Of a stretch of 64,000 nucleotides of DNA, positions 35,667-45,359 are shown piece after piece. Every line of letters begins with the position of its first letter. Within the stretch, counting starts at the first letter, position 1. The DNA comes from an uncultured Alphaproteobacteria bacterium. Lineage in GTDB: Bacteria; Pseudomonadota; Alphaproteobacteria; Rs-D84. The position numbers and the translations under genes were made by a program. The notes under the pieces were generated by a model. That model ran no database searches. It was given only the letters and a program-made list of their open reading frames with translations, and was not told where the DNA came from. Location of the stretch: NCBI GenBank assembly GCA_905234185.1, contig CAJOGC010000002.1:103949-167948 (forward strand). The letters run 5' to 3'.

Positions 35667-38414
35667 TTATTCTGCAACTGGTTCACTTGGTGCATCCGCT
35701 GTGGCTTCGTCTGTCGATTCTTCTTCGTGTTCGATTGAAATCGCAGACATAACCCGTTCATTTTCCGCCGTACGGAACAGTGTCACGCCCGCCGTTGCGC
35801 GGCCCGCAATACGAACATCCGCAACCGGGGTACGAATAATCTTGCCGCCGTCCGTCACCATGATTATGTCGTGATTATCGTCAACCGGGAACGAACCCGC
35901 CACCGCGGTATTTTTACCCCCCAGTTTAATGTTCGCAAATCCCGAACCGCCACGGTGCGTAATACGATATTCATATGACGATGTACGTTTTCCAAATCCA
36001 TTTTCAGAAATCGTCAAAATGAATTGTTCGTTTGCCGCCAGCTCGGCCATCTTGGCATCGTCCAGCACCAAATCTGTTGTCTCTTCTTCGGCATCTGCTT
36101 CTTCTTCGATACCGGTTGCGGCACGACGTGCGGCACGACTCTGTTTAATATATGCGGCACGCACTGCGGAATCTGTTTCACCATGGTTCAGCATTGCCAT
36201 ACCGATAATACGATCATCCTTGGCCAATGTTAATCCACGAACACCCGTTGAATTACGTCCCGCAAAGATACGAATTTCGTTCACCGGGAATCGAATGCAG
36301 CGCCCACGATATGTCGCCAAGAACACATCTTGGTCTTCGGTGCACGGCAGAACGGAAATCAAACTTTCGCCGTCGTCCAATTTCATTGCAATCTTTCCGT
36401 TTGCACGGATTGAATCAAAGTCCGACATACGATTACGACGCACCGTCCCGGACGAAGTCGCAAACATAAGGAAGTGCTCTTTACCGCTTTCGGCAACACG
36501 TTGCACTTCTTCTTCGGAAACAGGCAAAATTGCGGTAATTGTTTCGCCCGCCTCTAACGGCAACAGGTTCACCAACGGACGCCCCTTGGCCGCCGCCGCG
36601 GCTTCGGGTAATTTATATGTTTTCAATTTATAGCATAAGCCCTTGGAACTAAAGAACAACAACGGTGTGTGTGTATTTGCAACGAACACCTGGACCACAT
36701 AGTCGTCGTCCTTGGTCGTCATGGCATTGCGTCCCTTGCCCCCGCGTTTTTGTGCACGATATGTATCCAGCGCAACACGTTTGATATAGCCTGTATTCGA
36801 CACTGTCACAACCATATCTTCGCGTGCAATCAAATCTTCCATATCAATGTCGATTTCCGCATCAGAAATTTCGGTTCTGCGCTTTGATGACCAGTTATCA
36901 CGTTCGTCTATCGTCTCTTCGCGAATAATTTGAACGATACGCGCATGACTGCCCAAAATATCTAACAAATCTTTAATCTGGGCACCCAAGTCAACCAAGT
37001 CACTGTGAATCTTGTCGCGTTCCAAACCGGTCAAACGGTGTAATTGCAATTCCAGAATTGCGCGCGCCTGATCTTCGGACATGCGGAACATACCGTTTTC
37101 ATATTCGGTATTTGGATCATCAATTAACTTAATATAACTTTCGATATCCGCCGCGTGCCAAGTACGAGAAACCAACTGTTCACGGGCAACATCGGGATTT
37201 GGACTTGATTTAATAAGTTCGATAACTTCGTCCAGATTGCCAACCGCAACGGTTAAACCCAACAAAGTGTGTGCACGATTACGCGCCTTGTTCAAATCGA
37301 AAATAGTTCTACGACGAATAACCTCTATACGAAAATCAATGAACGCATCCAACACGCCACGAATATTGAACAACATCGGGCGACCACGATTCAACGCCAT
37401 TAAATTCACTGGGAAATTCGTCTGCATTTCAGTGTATTGGAACAACTGATTCAGCACGACATCCGGAATTGCGTCGCGTTTTAATTCGATAACAACACGC
37501 AGACCTTCCTTGGACGATTCATCACGAATTTCGGCAATACCCTCTATTCTTTTATCCTTGGCCAGTTCCGCAATTTTGATAATCATTTGCGATTTATTAA
37601 CCTGGTACGGAATTTCATCAACAACAATCGCCGGATGATCGTGGAAAGTTTCCATATGTGTTTTTGCACGAACGATAATTGATCCACGACCCGTTGTGTG
37701 CGCCTTGTACGCGCCGCTGCGCCCCATAATAACAGCACCAGTCGGGAAGTCCGGTCCTGGAATAATTTCAAACAATTCATCATCGGAAATATTCGAGTTA
37801 TCCAAAATTGCTAAAATACCATTACACAATTCGCCCAAATTGTATGTCGGAACATTTGTCGCCATACCAACGGCAATACCAGAACCACCGTTTACCAAGA
37901 AGTTTGGAAACTTGGTCGGCAAAACAACCGGTTCTTGTAAAGTGCCGTCAAAGTTCGGTTGCCAATCAACGGTATCTTTATCTAAATCGTCCATCATTGA
38001 CGCGCCAAGTTTTGACAGGCGCGCTTCGGTATAACGCATGGCCGCCGCTTTATCCCCGTCGCGCGAACCGAAATTACCCTGACCCTGGACCAGCATTTCA
38101 CCCATGGAAAAATCCTGACCCATACGGACCATAGCCTCGTATATAGAACTGTCGCCATGCGGGTGATATTTACCCATAACATCACCGACAATACGTGCCG
38201 ATTTAACCGTTGCACGTGTCGCCGGCGCAACATCATTCATAACATACAAAATGCGGCGATGCACCGGTTTACAGCCGTCGCGAACATCCGGCAACGCACG
38301 ATCAACAATAACCGACATTGCGTAATCCAGAAAACTTGTTCGCATTTCATGTTCCAATGAAGATTGTGGAACTTTTATTTCGTTTATTTCGTTTGTTTCG
38401 ATAATTTCAGACAT
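35667..38414 (-). CDS. gyrA: DNA gyrase subunit A
   Basis: [29 protein letters not shown] with the AAMRYTE active-site region and C-terminal beta-pinwheel repeats. The start is adjusted to MSEIIETNE. Confidence 0.9.
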   Translation of the reverse strand: MSEIIETNEINEIKVPQSSLEHEMRTSFLDYAMSVIVDRALPDVRDGCKPVHRRILYVMNDVAPATRATVKSARIVGDVMGKYHPHGDSSIYEAMVRMGQDFSMGEMLVQGQGNFGSRDGDKAAAMRYTEARLSKLGASMMDDLDKDTVDWQPNFDGTLQEPVVLPTKFPNFLVNGGSGIAVGMATNVPTYNLGELCNGILAILDNSNISDDELFEIIPGPDFPTGAVIMGRSGAYKAHTTGRGSIIVRAKTHMETFHDHPAIVVDEIPYQVNKSQMIIKIAELAKDKRIEGIAEIRDESSKEGLRVVIELKRDAIPDVVLNQLFQYTEMQTNFPVNLMALNRGRPMLFNIRGVLDAFIDFRIEVIRRRTIFDLNKARNRAHTLLGLTVAVGNLDEVIELIKSSPNPDVAREQLVSRTWHAADIESYIKLIDDPNTEYENGMFRMSEDQARAILELQLHRLTGLERDKIHSDLVDLGAQIKDLLDILGSHARIVQIIREETIDERDNWSSKRRTEISDAEIDIDMEDLIAREDMVVTVSNTGYIKRVALDTYRAQKRGGKGRNAMTTKDDDYVVQVFVANTHTPLLFFSSKGLCYKLKTYKLPEAAAAAKGRPLVNLLPLEAGETITAILPVSEEEVQRVAESGKEHFLMFATSSGTVRRNRMSDFDSIRANGKIAMKLDDGESLISVLPCTEDQDVFLATYRGRCIRFPVNEIRIFAGRNSTGVRGLTLAKDDRIIGMAMLNHGETDSAVRAAYIKQSRAARRAATGIEEEADAEEETTDLVLDDAKMAELAANEQFILTISENGFGKRTSSYEYRITHRGGSGFANIKLGGKNTAVAGSFPVDDNHDIIMVTDGGKIIRTPVADVRIAGRATAGVTLFRTAENERVMSAISIEHEEESTDEATADAPSEPVAE

Positions 38415-38496
38415 CCTTAGATTCCCTTGTTTTTTAGCATATAAAGCATAGCAAAATTTTGTCGCACGGGTCAAGACATAAAGCCTAAAAATTACA

Positions 38497-38524
38497 TTGA
38501 CAAACCACATTTTTGTAATACAAT
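38497..38524 (+). promoter_or_regulatory. near-consensus sigma-70 promoter (TTGACA-16-TACAAT) upstream of rpmH
   Basis: ttgaca at 38497-38502, tacaat at 38519-38524. Confidence 0.55.
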
Positions 38525-38553
38525 AAACCGCAGAATTCAGGGAAAAACATAAA

Positions 38554-38667
38554 ATGAATGCAACAAAAAGTTTATTTTTACCGTTGTGGCAGTTTTTTGC
38601 CGCGGTTTTTGTGTATTATTTAATACTGGAAGCGTTAAAGAAAGTTGGATTAATAAAATCTAAATAA
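38554..38667 (+). CDS. possible small hydrophobic leader ORF (37 aa) between the promoter and rpmH
   Basis: [37 protein letters not shown]. It is below the ORF-track length cutoff and the evidence is weak. Confidence 0.2.
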   Translation: MNATKSLFLPLWQFFAAVFVYYLILEALKKVGLIKSK

Positions 38668-38722
38668 AAAGGTTGCGTTTTATAAAAACCTGTGATTAAA
38701 TAGGTGCGCAAAAGGATTTAGT

Positions 38723-38875
38723 TATGGCAACAAAAAGAACATATCAACCGTCAAAAACACGCCGTGTAAAGACACACGGGTTCCGTGAAAAAATGGCAAC
38801 GAAAAGCGGCCGCGATGTTTTGAATCGTCGTCGGGCGAAGGGTCGCGCACGCATTGCCGTTTCCGCGGTTAACTA
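38723..38875 (+). CDS. rpmH: 50S ribosomal protein L34
   Basis: [50 protein letters not shown] matches the conserved L34 sequence. It is not in the ORF track because it is 50 aa. Confidence 0.9.
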
Positions 38876-38905
38876 ATACGGTAAAACCCAAAACGGTTTT
38901 TATAA

Positions 38906-38978
38906 AAAATCCGGCAATCGCCGGTTTTTTATTTATAATAAAATCTTAAAATAAATGGGGCAAATGCCCCATTTCCAA
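38906..38978. terminator. two hairpin terminators (aaaaaatccggcaatcgccggtttttt and aaatggggcaaatgccccattt)
   Basis: GC stems with T and A runs between rpmH (+) and the convergent minus-strand gene. Confidence 0.6.
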
Positions 38979-38979
38979 T

Positions 38980-39309
38980 TTATTTCTGATTTTTCTCACC
39001 AGCCAACAAAGCCAGTGTTTTTTTATCTTGCGCACTCAGCTGTTTACTAACCTTGTTGCTTCCATCGCAGCGAACACGCAACGCTGTAGCGATTTCATCA
39101 AAATCTTTATCTCCCACCGCGATTTCTTCGCCACCAATTTTCAACCAACGTCCATAGCCACTGTCCCAATCATTAAAAATTTCTATCATAACACGGCCCG
39201 TCGGCGATGTCAGAGTCATCTCTTCATCCCCCATACGCGCGAATCTCTTGGGTGTGTTTTCCGGATTTTTTATTTCGGTAATAATCTGCCCTTTTACATA
39301 TGGATTCAT
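38980..39309 (-). CDS. hypothetical protein (109 aa from the ATG with an AAGGAG SD)
   Basis: Strong SD. I recognise no family. Confidence 0.4.
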   Translation of the reverse strand: MNPYVKGQIITEIKNPENTPKRFARMGDEEMTLTSPTGRVMIEIFNDWDSGYGRWLKIGGEEIAVGDKDFDEIATALRVRCDGSNKVSKQLSAQDKKTLALLAGEKNQK

Positions 39310-39429
39310 AATAAAACTCCTTTGATAATTCACTATATTTACGGAAATAATTGTATCACAAAAAACATAATAATCAAACAAAAACGGATAGGGTTGTTGG
39401 CAGGTATAAAAAAACGCGTAGCGTTTTCG

Positions 39430-39983
39430 CCTGCCCCCATTTTGTGGGGCGGGACAGAGTCGGCTTATGAACGCAGTGAATTAGCGACTCTTGGGTGGGG
39501 GCATTATTTTCCCCATCGCGACACAAAAAATTCATTAAAATCCAAATGTTCGTTTATACACATGTGCAATGTATCAACAACCGTTTTCATACCTTGTTTC
39601 GTTAATTCTGCATTTGCAACACGAATAACTTTATAGCCCTGTGATTCTATAAACTCTGTGCGCTTGTTGTCGTATTCAATATTTTCTGCGTGTTGGTTGC
39701 CATCAAGTTCAATAACCAATTTCAATTCATTACACACAAAATCAACATAATATGGACCAAACGGTTGTTGCCGGCGGAACTTTACCCCCAGTTTGTTATT
39801 ATTAATTTGATACCAGAATTTGCGTTCTGGGTCAGACATATTTTTACGCAGGTTTTTTGCACGAATAATGTTTGCTGGGTGATTTGTCATAATACAATTT
39901 TACCCCCACCCAAGATTTTCATCAACATTAAAAATGTTGTGAAAATCTGTCCCGCCCCACACGCACAATGTGCGCGGGGGCAG
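39430..39983. mobile_element. compact TIR-bounded element carrying a single DUF559 endonuclease gene
   Basis: Left TIR cctgccccc...gtggggcgggacagagtcggcttatgaacgcagtgaattagcgactcttgggtggggg (39430-39502). The right TIR (39902-39983) is its reverse complement with a variable internal palindrome. The ORF fills the interior. Confidence 0.65.
39504..39890 (-). CDS. DUF559 (Vsr-like PD-(D/E)xK) endonuclease-domain protein, 128 aa
   Basis: PERKFWYQI...FGPYYVDFVCNELKLVIELDGNQH...DNKRTEFIESQGYKVIRV is the canonical DUF559 core. Confidence 0.7.
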   Translation of the reverse strand: MTNHPANIIRAKNLRKNMSDPERKFWYQINNNKLGVKFRRQQPFGPYYVDFVCNELKLVIELDGNQHAENIEYDNKRTEFIESQGYKVIRVANAELTKQGMKTVVDTLHMCINEHLDFNEFFVSRWGK

Positions 39984-40010
39984 GTGAAAAATGCACCAAA
40001 CGGCGCATTT

Positions 40011-40742
40011 TTATTCCCTTTTTGCCCAACGACAAATTACAATCGCGTGGTCGGCGGAATCGGTGCGGATTTTGTGATAAGATGTATTGCCGTCTATTTT
40101 AACATCAACAAATACTTCCGGGGTTTCTGGATTTATTTCTTTCTTATAGTTTAATTCAATACCACACAATTTATGTTCATTGCGATATACATACCCAACA
40201 CTTTCCGTTGCCCATACCGCATAAACCGCATTGTTAATATGCTGATTCACATCGATATCATCGAAACGGCATTTCATAATATGTGTCTTTTCCGCATCAA
40301 AATCGGGAAACTTATCAAATGTCCGATTAAACGCGCGTTCGTTCACCAAAATATCCGCCGGCAATTTATCTTCCAATAACACAGGACGCCGACGTTCCAT
40401 ATCAATCAAAACCCACTGGGACGTCGCGCGAACCATTAACCGATTATCAGACCCACGAATTTCAAAATCGCGCACCGTACGCAAAGCGTCCGATATCGAC
40501 GGCCATGTGGTAAATTGTAATTCCTCGTTCTCGTGTGGCAATTCAACGATATCCACCAAATAATGCGTCACCACCCACGCCAAATTGTTTTCCAACAAGA
40601 ATGTGCGCCCAACGCCTAACAATTCCGCATGCGTGTCCGCCATTGATTGCAATTCGTTCATCAAAATAAGTGGACGAACATTGCCATAGCGGTCACATTG
40701 ATACGCCTGCAACTTTCTAATCTCGGTGTATTTGTCCGCCAT
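40011..40742 (-). CDS. acyl-ACP thioesterase
   Basis: Tandem hotdog fold (PF01643-like), e.g. NELQSMADTHAELLG...WVVTHYLVDIV. Confidence 0.65.
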   Translation of the reverse strand: MADKYTEIRKLQAYQCDRYGNVRPLILMNELQSMADTHAELLGVGRTFLLENNLAWVVTHYLVDIVELPHENEELQFTTWPSISDALRTVRDFEIRGSDNRLMVRATSQWVLIDMERRRPVLLEDKLPADILVNERAFNRTFDKFPDFDAEKTHIMKCRFDDIDVNQHINNAVYAVWATESVGYVYRNEHKLCGIELNYKKEINPETPEVFVDVKIDGNTSYHKIRTDSADHAIVICRWAKRE

Positions 40743-43147
40743 TATTTTTCCCCGTTATTTTCGGCAACAACAAAATCAACAGAATCGCCCAAAACAATTT
40801 CATTCGCACGCGCGGCGGATTTAATTACACCATGCAAGACAGACGGCGTGTCACTTGGAATCGTCAATGTTTCCAACTTTGCACCGTTACCAACCTTGCG
40901 TTCTGTGCGCAGGCCACGCACCGTTTTCAGAATATCCAGTGCAATCTGCATTTCAGAAACGTCCGTTTCACGTGCCGCGTCCACTTCCGGATACGCGGTT
41001 AAGTGTAATGTTTCGCCACCTTCGACATCTTTGTAAATTTTTTGCCATAATTCCTCGGTAATGAACGGTATGAACGGTGCATACAAACCAATTATGCTGC
41101 GCAACACTTCCCACAATGTCCACTGTGCTGCTAATTTCGATTCCGCACTGTATTTTTCCGGCGACCAAAATCTATCTTTGATAAACTCCAGATACTGATC
41201 ACAGAATATATCCCAGAAGAATGTATCAATCGCCACCCGGGAATTATAGTTATCATATTTATCAAGATTCCGACGCGTTTCCACAATCGTCTTATTCAAT
41301 TCAGACAACACCCAACGATCTTCAACGAAACGATTTTCAATTTCGATTTTCTGTGACGCACGCGGATCAAAATCTTCCAAATTCATCAAAACATAGCGCG
41401 ACGCATTCCACAACTTGGTTAACAATTTAGAACCACGTTTTACTTCATCATCACTGTATCTTAAATCGGTTCCAATTGGCGCGGTTGCAACCCAATAACG
41501 CAACGCATCAGTTCCGAATTTTTCAACCGTCGTTAATGGGTCAACACCGTTGCCCTTGGTCTTGGACATCTTTTGTCCCTTGGAATCACGAACAAGCCCA
41601 TGAAAATTCACTGTTTTGAACGGCACATCGCCCATAACATAGATACCCATCATAATCATACGCGCAACCCAAAAGAAAATAATATCGGCCGCGGTGTACA
41701 ATAAATCGGTTGGATAATATTTCTTTAATTCGGGTGTCACATCTGGCCAACCCAATGTTGAAAATGGCCACAGTCCAGACGAAAACCATGTATCCAAAAC
41801 ATCTGGATCGCGGTTCAGTTTTTTACCGCCTGATTGTTTAATCGCCTCTTCTTCGGTTTCGGCGACATACACATTACCATCCGCATCATACCAGGCCGGT
41901 ATATGGTGTCCCCACCACAATTGCCGCGATATTGCCCATGGACGAATTTCACGCATCCATGCCATAAACAGGTTGTAACGATGTTCTGGCATAAACTTTA
42001 TCTTGCCCTCTTCTACCGCTTTGATAGCAGGCTTGGCTAACTTTTCTGCATCAACGAACCATTGATCCGACAACCACGGTTCAACAACCACCCCGCCACG
42101 TTCGGAATATGGTGTTGGAATAATTTTATCTTCGACCTTGACCAACAATCCAGCCGCTTCAATATCCGCCATAACCGCCGCGCGCGCATCGTATCTATCC
42201 ATACCCCAATATTTTTCGGGGACCGGCGCGCTTGACACCATTTTCGCGGTTGGTGTTAAAATACAAACCGGGGTCAAATTGTGACGCAGGCCAACCTCAT
42301 AGTCATCAAAGTCGTGCGCCGGTGTAATTTTCACCGCACCGGTTCCTTTTTCCGGGTCGGCATGAACATCACCGATAATCGGAATTTCTATATCGGTCAG
42401 CGGAATAATCGCCCGCTTCCCGATTAAATGTTTCAATTTTTCATTTTCTGGATGAACCGCAATTGCCTGATCACCAAAAAGTGTTTCCGGGCGCGTTGTT
42501 GCAATTTCAACAAAGCCACCGTCAACCAATGGATAGTTGAAATAATAAAACTTGCCGTGTTCTTCGCGCGTTTCAACCTCTAAATCAGAAACCGATGTTT
42601 GTTGTTTCGGGCACCAATTCACCATGCGTTTTGCACGATAAATTAACCCCTCAGAATACATTTGGACGAACAGTTTTGTGACCGCACGCGACAACCCATC
42701 GTCCATTGTAAACCGTTCGCGTTTCCACACCGGCGTCACACCCAAAATATGCAACTGATTTATAATCTGGCCACCCTTGTCATTTTTCCATTTCCACGCA
42801 ATATCTAATTTTTCATCGACCGATAAACTGTGTGGGTTAATGCCGCGCTTGGACAAATCGCGTTCCACCAATAACTGTGTTGCAATTGATGCATGGTCGG
42901 TTCCGGGTTGCCATAAAACATCATATCCGCACATACGTTTATAGCGGCAAACTATATCGCTCAAAACATTATCCAGCGCATGCCCCATATGCAGATTTCC
43001 CGTCACATTTGGTGGCGGCATCATCATACAGAACGACTTTTTAGCCGATTTCACATCATTTGCCCAAAAATCGTTGCTATCCCAGAATTCCTGGATTCTG
43101 GTTTCAATTTCGCGCGGACTGATATTTTTACCCAATTCTATTTTCAT
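40742..43147 (-). CDS. valS: valine--tRNA ligase (short form, 801 aa)
   Basis: HMGH-type motif (NVTGNLHMGHAL) and KMSKT motif (GQKMSKTKGNGVDP). An editing domain is present. There is no long C-terminal coiled coil. Confidence 0.85.
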   Translation of the reverse strand: MKIELGKNISPREIETRIQEFWDSNDFWANDVKSAKKSFCMMMPPPNVTGNLHMGHALDNVLSDIVCRYKRMCGYDVLWQPGTDHASIATQLLVERDLSKRGINPHSLSVDEKLDIAWKWKNDKGGQIINQLHILGVTPVWKRERFTMDDGLSRAVTKLFVQMYSEGLIYRAKRMVNWCPKQQTSVSDLEVETREEHGKFYYFNYPLVDGGFVEIATTRPETLFGDQAIAVHPENEKLKHLIGKRAIIPLTDIEIPIIGDVHADPEKGTGAVKITPAHDFDDYEVGLRHNLTPVCILTPTAKMVSSAPVPEKYWGMDRYDARAAVMADIEAAGLLVKVEDKIIPTPYSERGGVVVEPWLSDQWFVDAEKLAKPAIKAVEEGKIKFMPEHRYNLFMAWMREIRPWAISRQLWWGHHIPAWYDADGNVYVAETEEEAIKQSGGKKLNRDPDVLDTWFSSGLWPFSTLGWPDVTPELKKYYPTDLLYTAADIIFFWVARMIMMGIYVMGDVPFKTVNFHGLVRDSKGQKMSKTKGNGVDPLTTVEKFGTDALRYWVATAPIGTDLRYSDDEVKRGSKLLTKLWNASRYVLMNLEDFDPRASQKIEIENRFVEDRWVLSELNKTIVETRRNLDKYDNYNSRVAIDTFFWDIFCDQYLEFIKDRFWSPEKYSAESKLAAQWTLWEVLRSIIGLYAPFIPFITEELWQKIYKDVEGGETLHLTAYPEVDAARETDVSEMQIALDILKTVRGLRTERKVGNGAKLETLTIPSDTPSVLHGVIKSAARANEIVLGDSVDFVVAENNGEK

Positions 43148-43276
43148 GTTTTGACCCCGATATTGCGATACACTTAACCGCCCAATCTTAGCATATTAAA
43201 ATCAGATTTCAAGCATACAAAATACGCCCCAAACAAACCATTGACAAAGTATAATTATGTGTCAAAATTGCTTTTA

Positions 43277-43693
43277 ATGACATCGAATGATATTATTTTG
43301 CTAAAATATTTTGCGACAACGGAAAACATTTCCGTGCATTATTTTGATGGTGGCAAGTATTATGAAATTCCTGTGGCCGCCTGTTTGTTTGATGACGGGG
43401 ATAATCCATCGGATGACTTTGACGACTGTATTGATATGATTGTTGCTTGTTGGTATGTAATGCAAATGGGAATACCCTTTATTCGTTGTGAAATAGGATC
43501 CAAAACATCTAATTCAACCATAGAGCAAATTTACATTCCATTGGATCCGGCCCGTCGTGATAAACATCAACGCGAAATAATGTCATTGTTAAACGCATGT
43601 TCTAAACGCGTCATAGCGATGGAAATGGCACGTAATAAATACGCAATTACAACCGCATTGGAATCTGCAAACGCAAACAAACAATACAGCTAG
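43277..43693 (+). CDS. hypothetical small acidic protein, paralog of gene 44146-44652
   Basis: Shares ISVHYFDGGKYYEIP and LLNACSKRVIAMEMARNKY with VSVYHDYDGQKTTYSIP and LMRKCSDKIIAQEQAAQKY of the third gene. The start is adjusted to the ATG; the track ORF starts at a TTG at 43241. Confidence 0.45.
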   Translation: MTSNDIILLKYFATTENISVHYFDGGKYYEIPVAACLFDDGDNPSDDFDDCIDMIVACWYVMQMGIPFIRCEIGSKTSNSTIEQIYIPLDPARRDKHQREIMSLLNACSKRVIAMEMARNKYAITTALESANANKQYS

Positions 43694-43706
43694 AAAAGGT
43701 CCCCGA

Positions 43707-44129
43707 ATGAGAAAAATTGTATATCAAAACATTATGAAACTTATCAAAGAAAACCATTCGTCTGCTAGACAAACGCTACATGGTACAAGATATGTATTGC
43801 GTGGCGAATATGGCACCACGATTCTTAGTTTATATCGCGACCCCTATAAAATTAAATTATTTATAAATGATGTTTTATTTGCATCTGAATCATTGAAAAA
43901 GCGCGTAATGCCGTTTGATCAAACATATGAGCATCTTCAACAACTATACAAAATTGAACGTGCATTAAAAGGTGAACCAACACAATATGCGATTGCACCC
44001 AACTTTTCTGCCAAATGTCGTGCTCGTTGTGGTGCGACCCCAAAACAAACCGGTGAATTACACCTTGCATGGTCTAAATCATGCAAAATAAACTATGTAA
44101 TGTATGACGCACTGGGCAACAGCCGTTAA
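43707..44129 (+). CDS. hypothetical protein (140 aa)
   Basis: Middle gene of the three-gene cluster. Basic, with a Cys pair CRARCG. Confidence 0.4.
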   Translation: MRKIVYQNIMKLIKENHSSARQTLHGTRYVLRGEYGTTILSLYRDPYKIKLFINDVLFASESLKKRVMPFDQTYEHLQQLYKIERALKGEPTQYAIAPNFSAKCRARCGATPKQTGELHLAWSKSCKINYVMYDALGNSR

Positions 44130-44145
44130 TAAAAAAGCATCCGTT

Positions 44146-44652
44146 ATGAACAAACCATTAAAAAACTATTTACAAAGAATAATAAAAAACGAATATGTTT
44201 CTGTATATCATGACTATGATGGTCAAAAAACTACATATTCTATTCCATATAACGCATCGCTTGCACCACGATCGGTAAGGTTGACATTGATTCGCGCGCT
44301 GGGGTTGGACTATGACGATGATTTTGATGAAAACAATCCGCAAGACATAGACAAAATGTCATACAACCTGATTGCGGACGAAACCCCATTGTTTTCGTTA
44401 ACATCCGATCATTATATAAACAATCGTGGCACTCTTATGACCCACTATATTTTGGACTTTGATGGTCAGGTACTTACCGAAAAATCCTATAAGTCGGATA
44501 AATTAAGCGGGAAAAATCCGCTAATCCAATTAATGCGCAAATGTTCCGACAAAATAATAGCCCAGGAACAGGCCGCCCAAAAATACAAAATGGAAAAAAT
44601 GTTTGTATCAACAAATATATTTACACAGAATGTGCAACACGACAGAATGTGA
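44146..44652 (+). CDS. hypothetical small acidic protein, paralog of gene 43277-43693
   Basis: See above. Acidic stretch DYDDDFDENNPQDIDK. Confidence 0.45.
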   Translation: MNKPLKNYLQRIIKNEYVSVYHDYDGQKTTYSIPYNASLAPRSVRLTLIRALGLDYDDDFDENNPQDIDKMSYNLIADETPLFSLTSDHYINNRGTLMTHYILDFDGQVLTEKSYKSDKLSGKNPLIQLMRKCSDKIIAQEQAAQKYKMEKMFVSTNIFTQNVQHDRM

Positions 44653-45352
44653 CCCCATATACCGCAACTGCGCCCGCATCCACCAACACACGTCGCAATT
44701 CGTTAAATGTCGCACCCGTTGTCATAACATCATCAACCAATAAAATTTTCTTGCCCTGGATTTTATCGGGTTTACACACGGTAAAAACATTACGAATATT
44801 TCGTGCGCGTTGGGCACTGGTTTTATGTCCCATATTTTCACGATATTCGCGCGACACAGAATCTAAATCCATTTTTACACCAAACACATGTGCAATTGGG
44901 CGCGCCAGTAATGTCGCCTGGTTATATCCACGTTGGAACAATCTGCGCCGTGCAAGTGGAACCGGCATAACTATATCAGGTTCTATATCGACATCACGCA
45001 ACGCCCAAATCATCGCACGCGACATAAAACGTGCATACTGAATGTGTCCCGCATGTTTATATGGCAACATCGCCGCACGTGATGCATCATCATATACACA
45101 TGCCGACCGAATTAAATCCAATTCACATTTTCCAGACGCGCATGTTGGACACATCATATTTGGCCCCATATCAAAACTGGACGCAAACGGGAAACCACAA
45201 TGAATACATTTTGCACCATCAATCCAATTAAACGATGCCCAACAATCAACACATAATTCACCATGCGTTTCGACATGCGCATTACACAACGGACACGATG
45301 GTGGAAAAATAAAATCTATTAAATCCTGCAAATACCGGCGCCCAGATTTCAT
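44621..45352 (-). CDS. comF: ComF-family phosphoribosyltransferase-domain protein
   Basis: N-terminal double zinc ribbon (CPLC...CVDC...CIHCG) and C-terminal PRTase motif ILLVDDVMTTGAT. Confidence 0.75.
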   Translation of the reverse strand: MKSGRRYLQDLIDFIFPPSCPLCNAHVETHGELCVDCWASFNWIDGAKCIHCGFPFASSFDMGPNMMCPTCASGKCELDLIRSACVYDDASRAAMLPYKHAGHIQYARFMSRAMIWALRDVDIEPDIVMPVPLARRRLFQRGYNQATLLARPIAHVFGVKMDLDSVSREYRENMGHKTSAQRARNIRNVFTVCKPDKIQGKKILLVDDVMTTGATFNELRRVLVDAGAVAVYGVTFCRVAHSV

Positions 45353-45359
45353 CGCGCAA

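Noticed and set aside
35929-36633. 234-aa ORF on the plus strand
   Set aside because: Antisense inside gyrA. Its Ser/Ala-rich composition is typical of a shadow ORF.
43241-43266. TTGACA...TATAAT...TGTCAA palindrome as a functional promoter or operator
   Set aside because: The TATAAT is only 3 nt after the TTGACA, so this cannot be a single -35/-10 pair. It may be an operator, but with one occurrence I cannot support more than a note under the three-gene-cluster finding.
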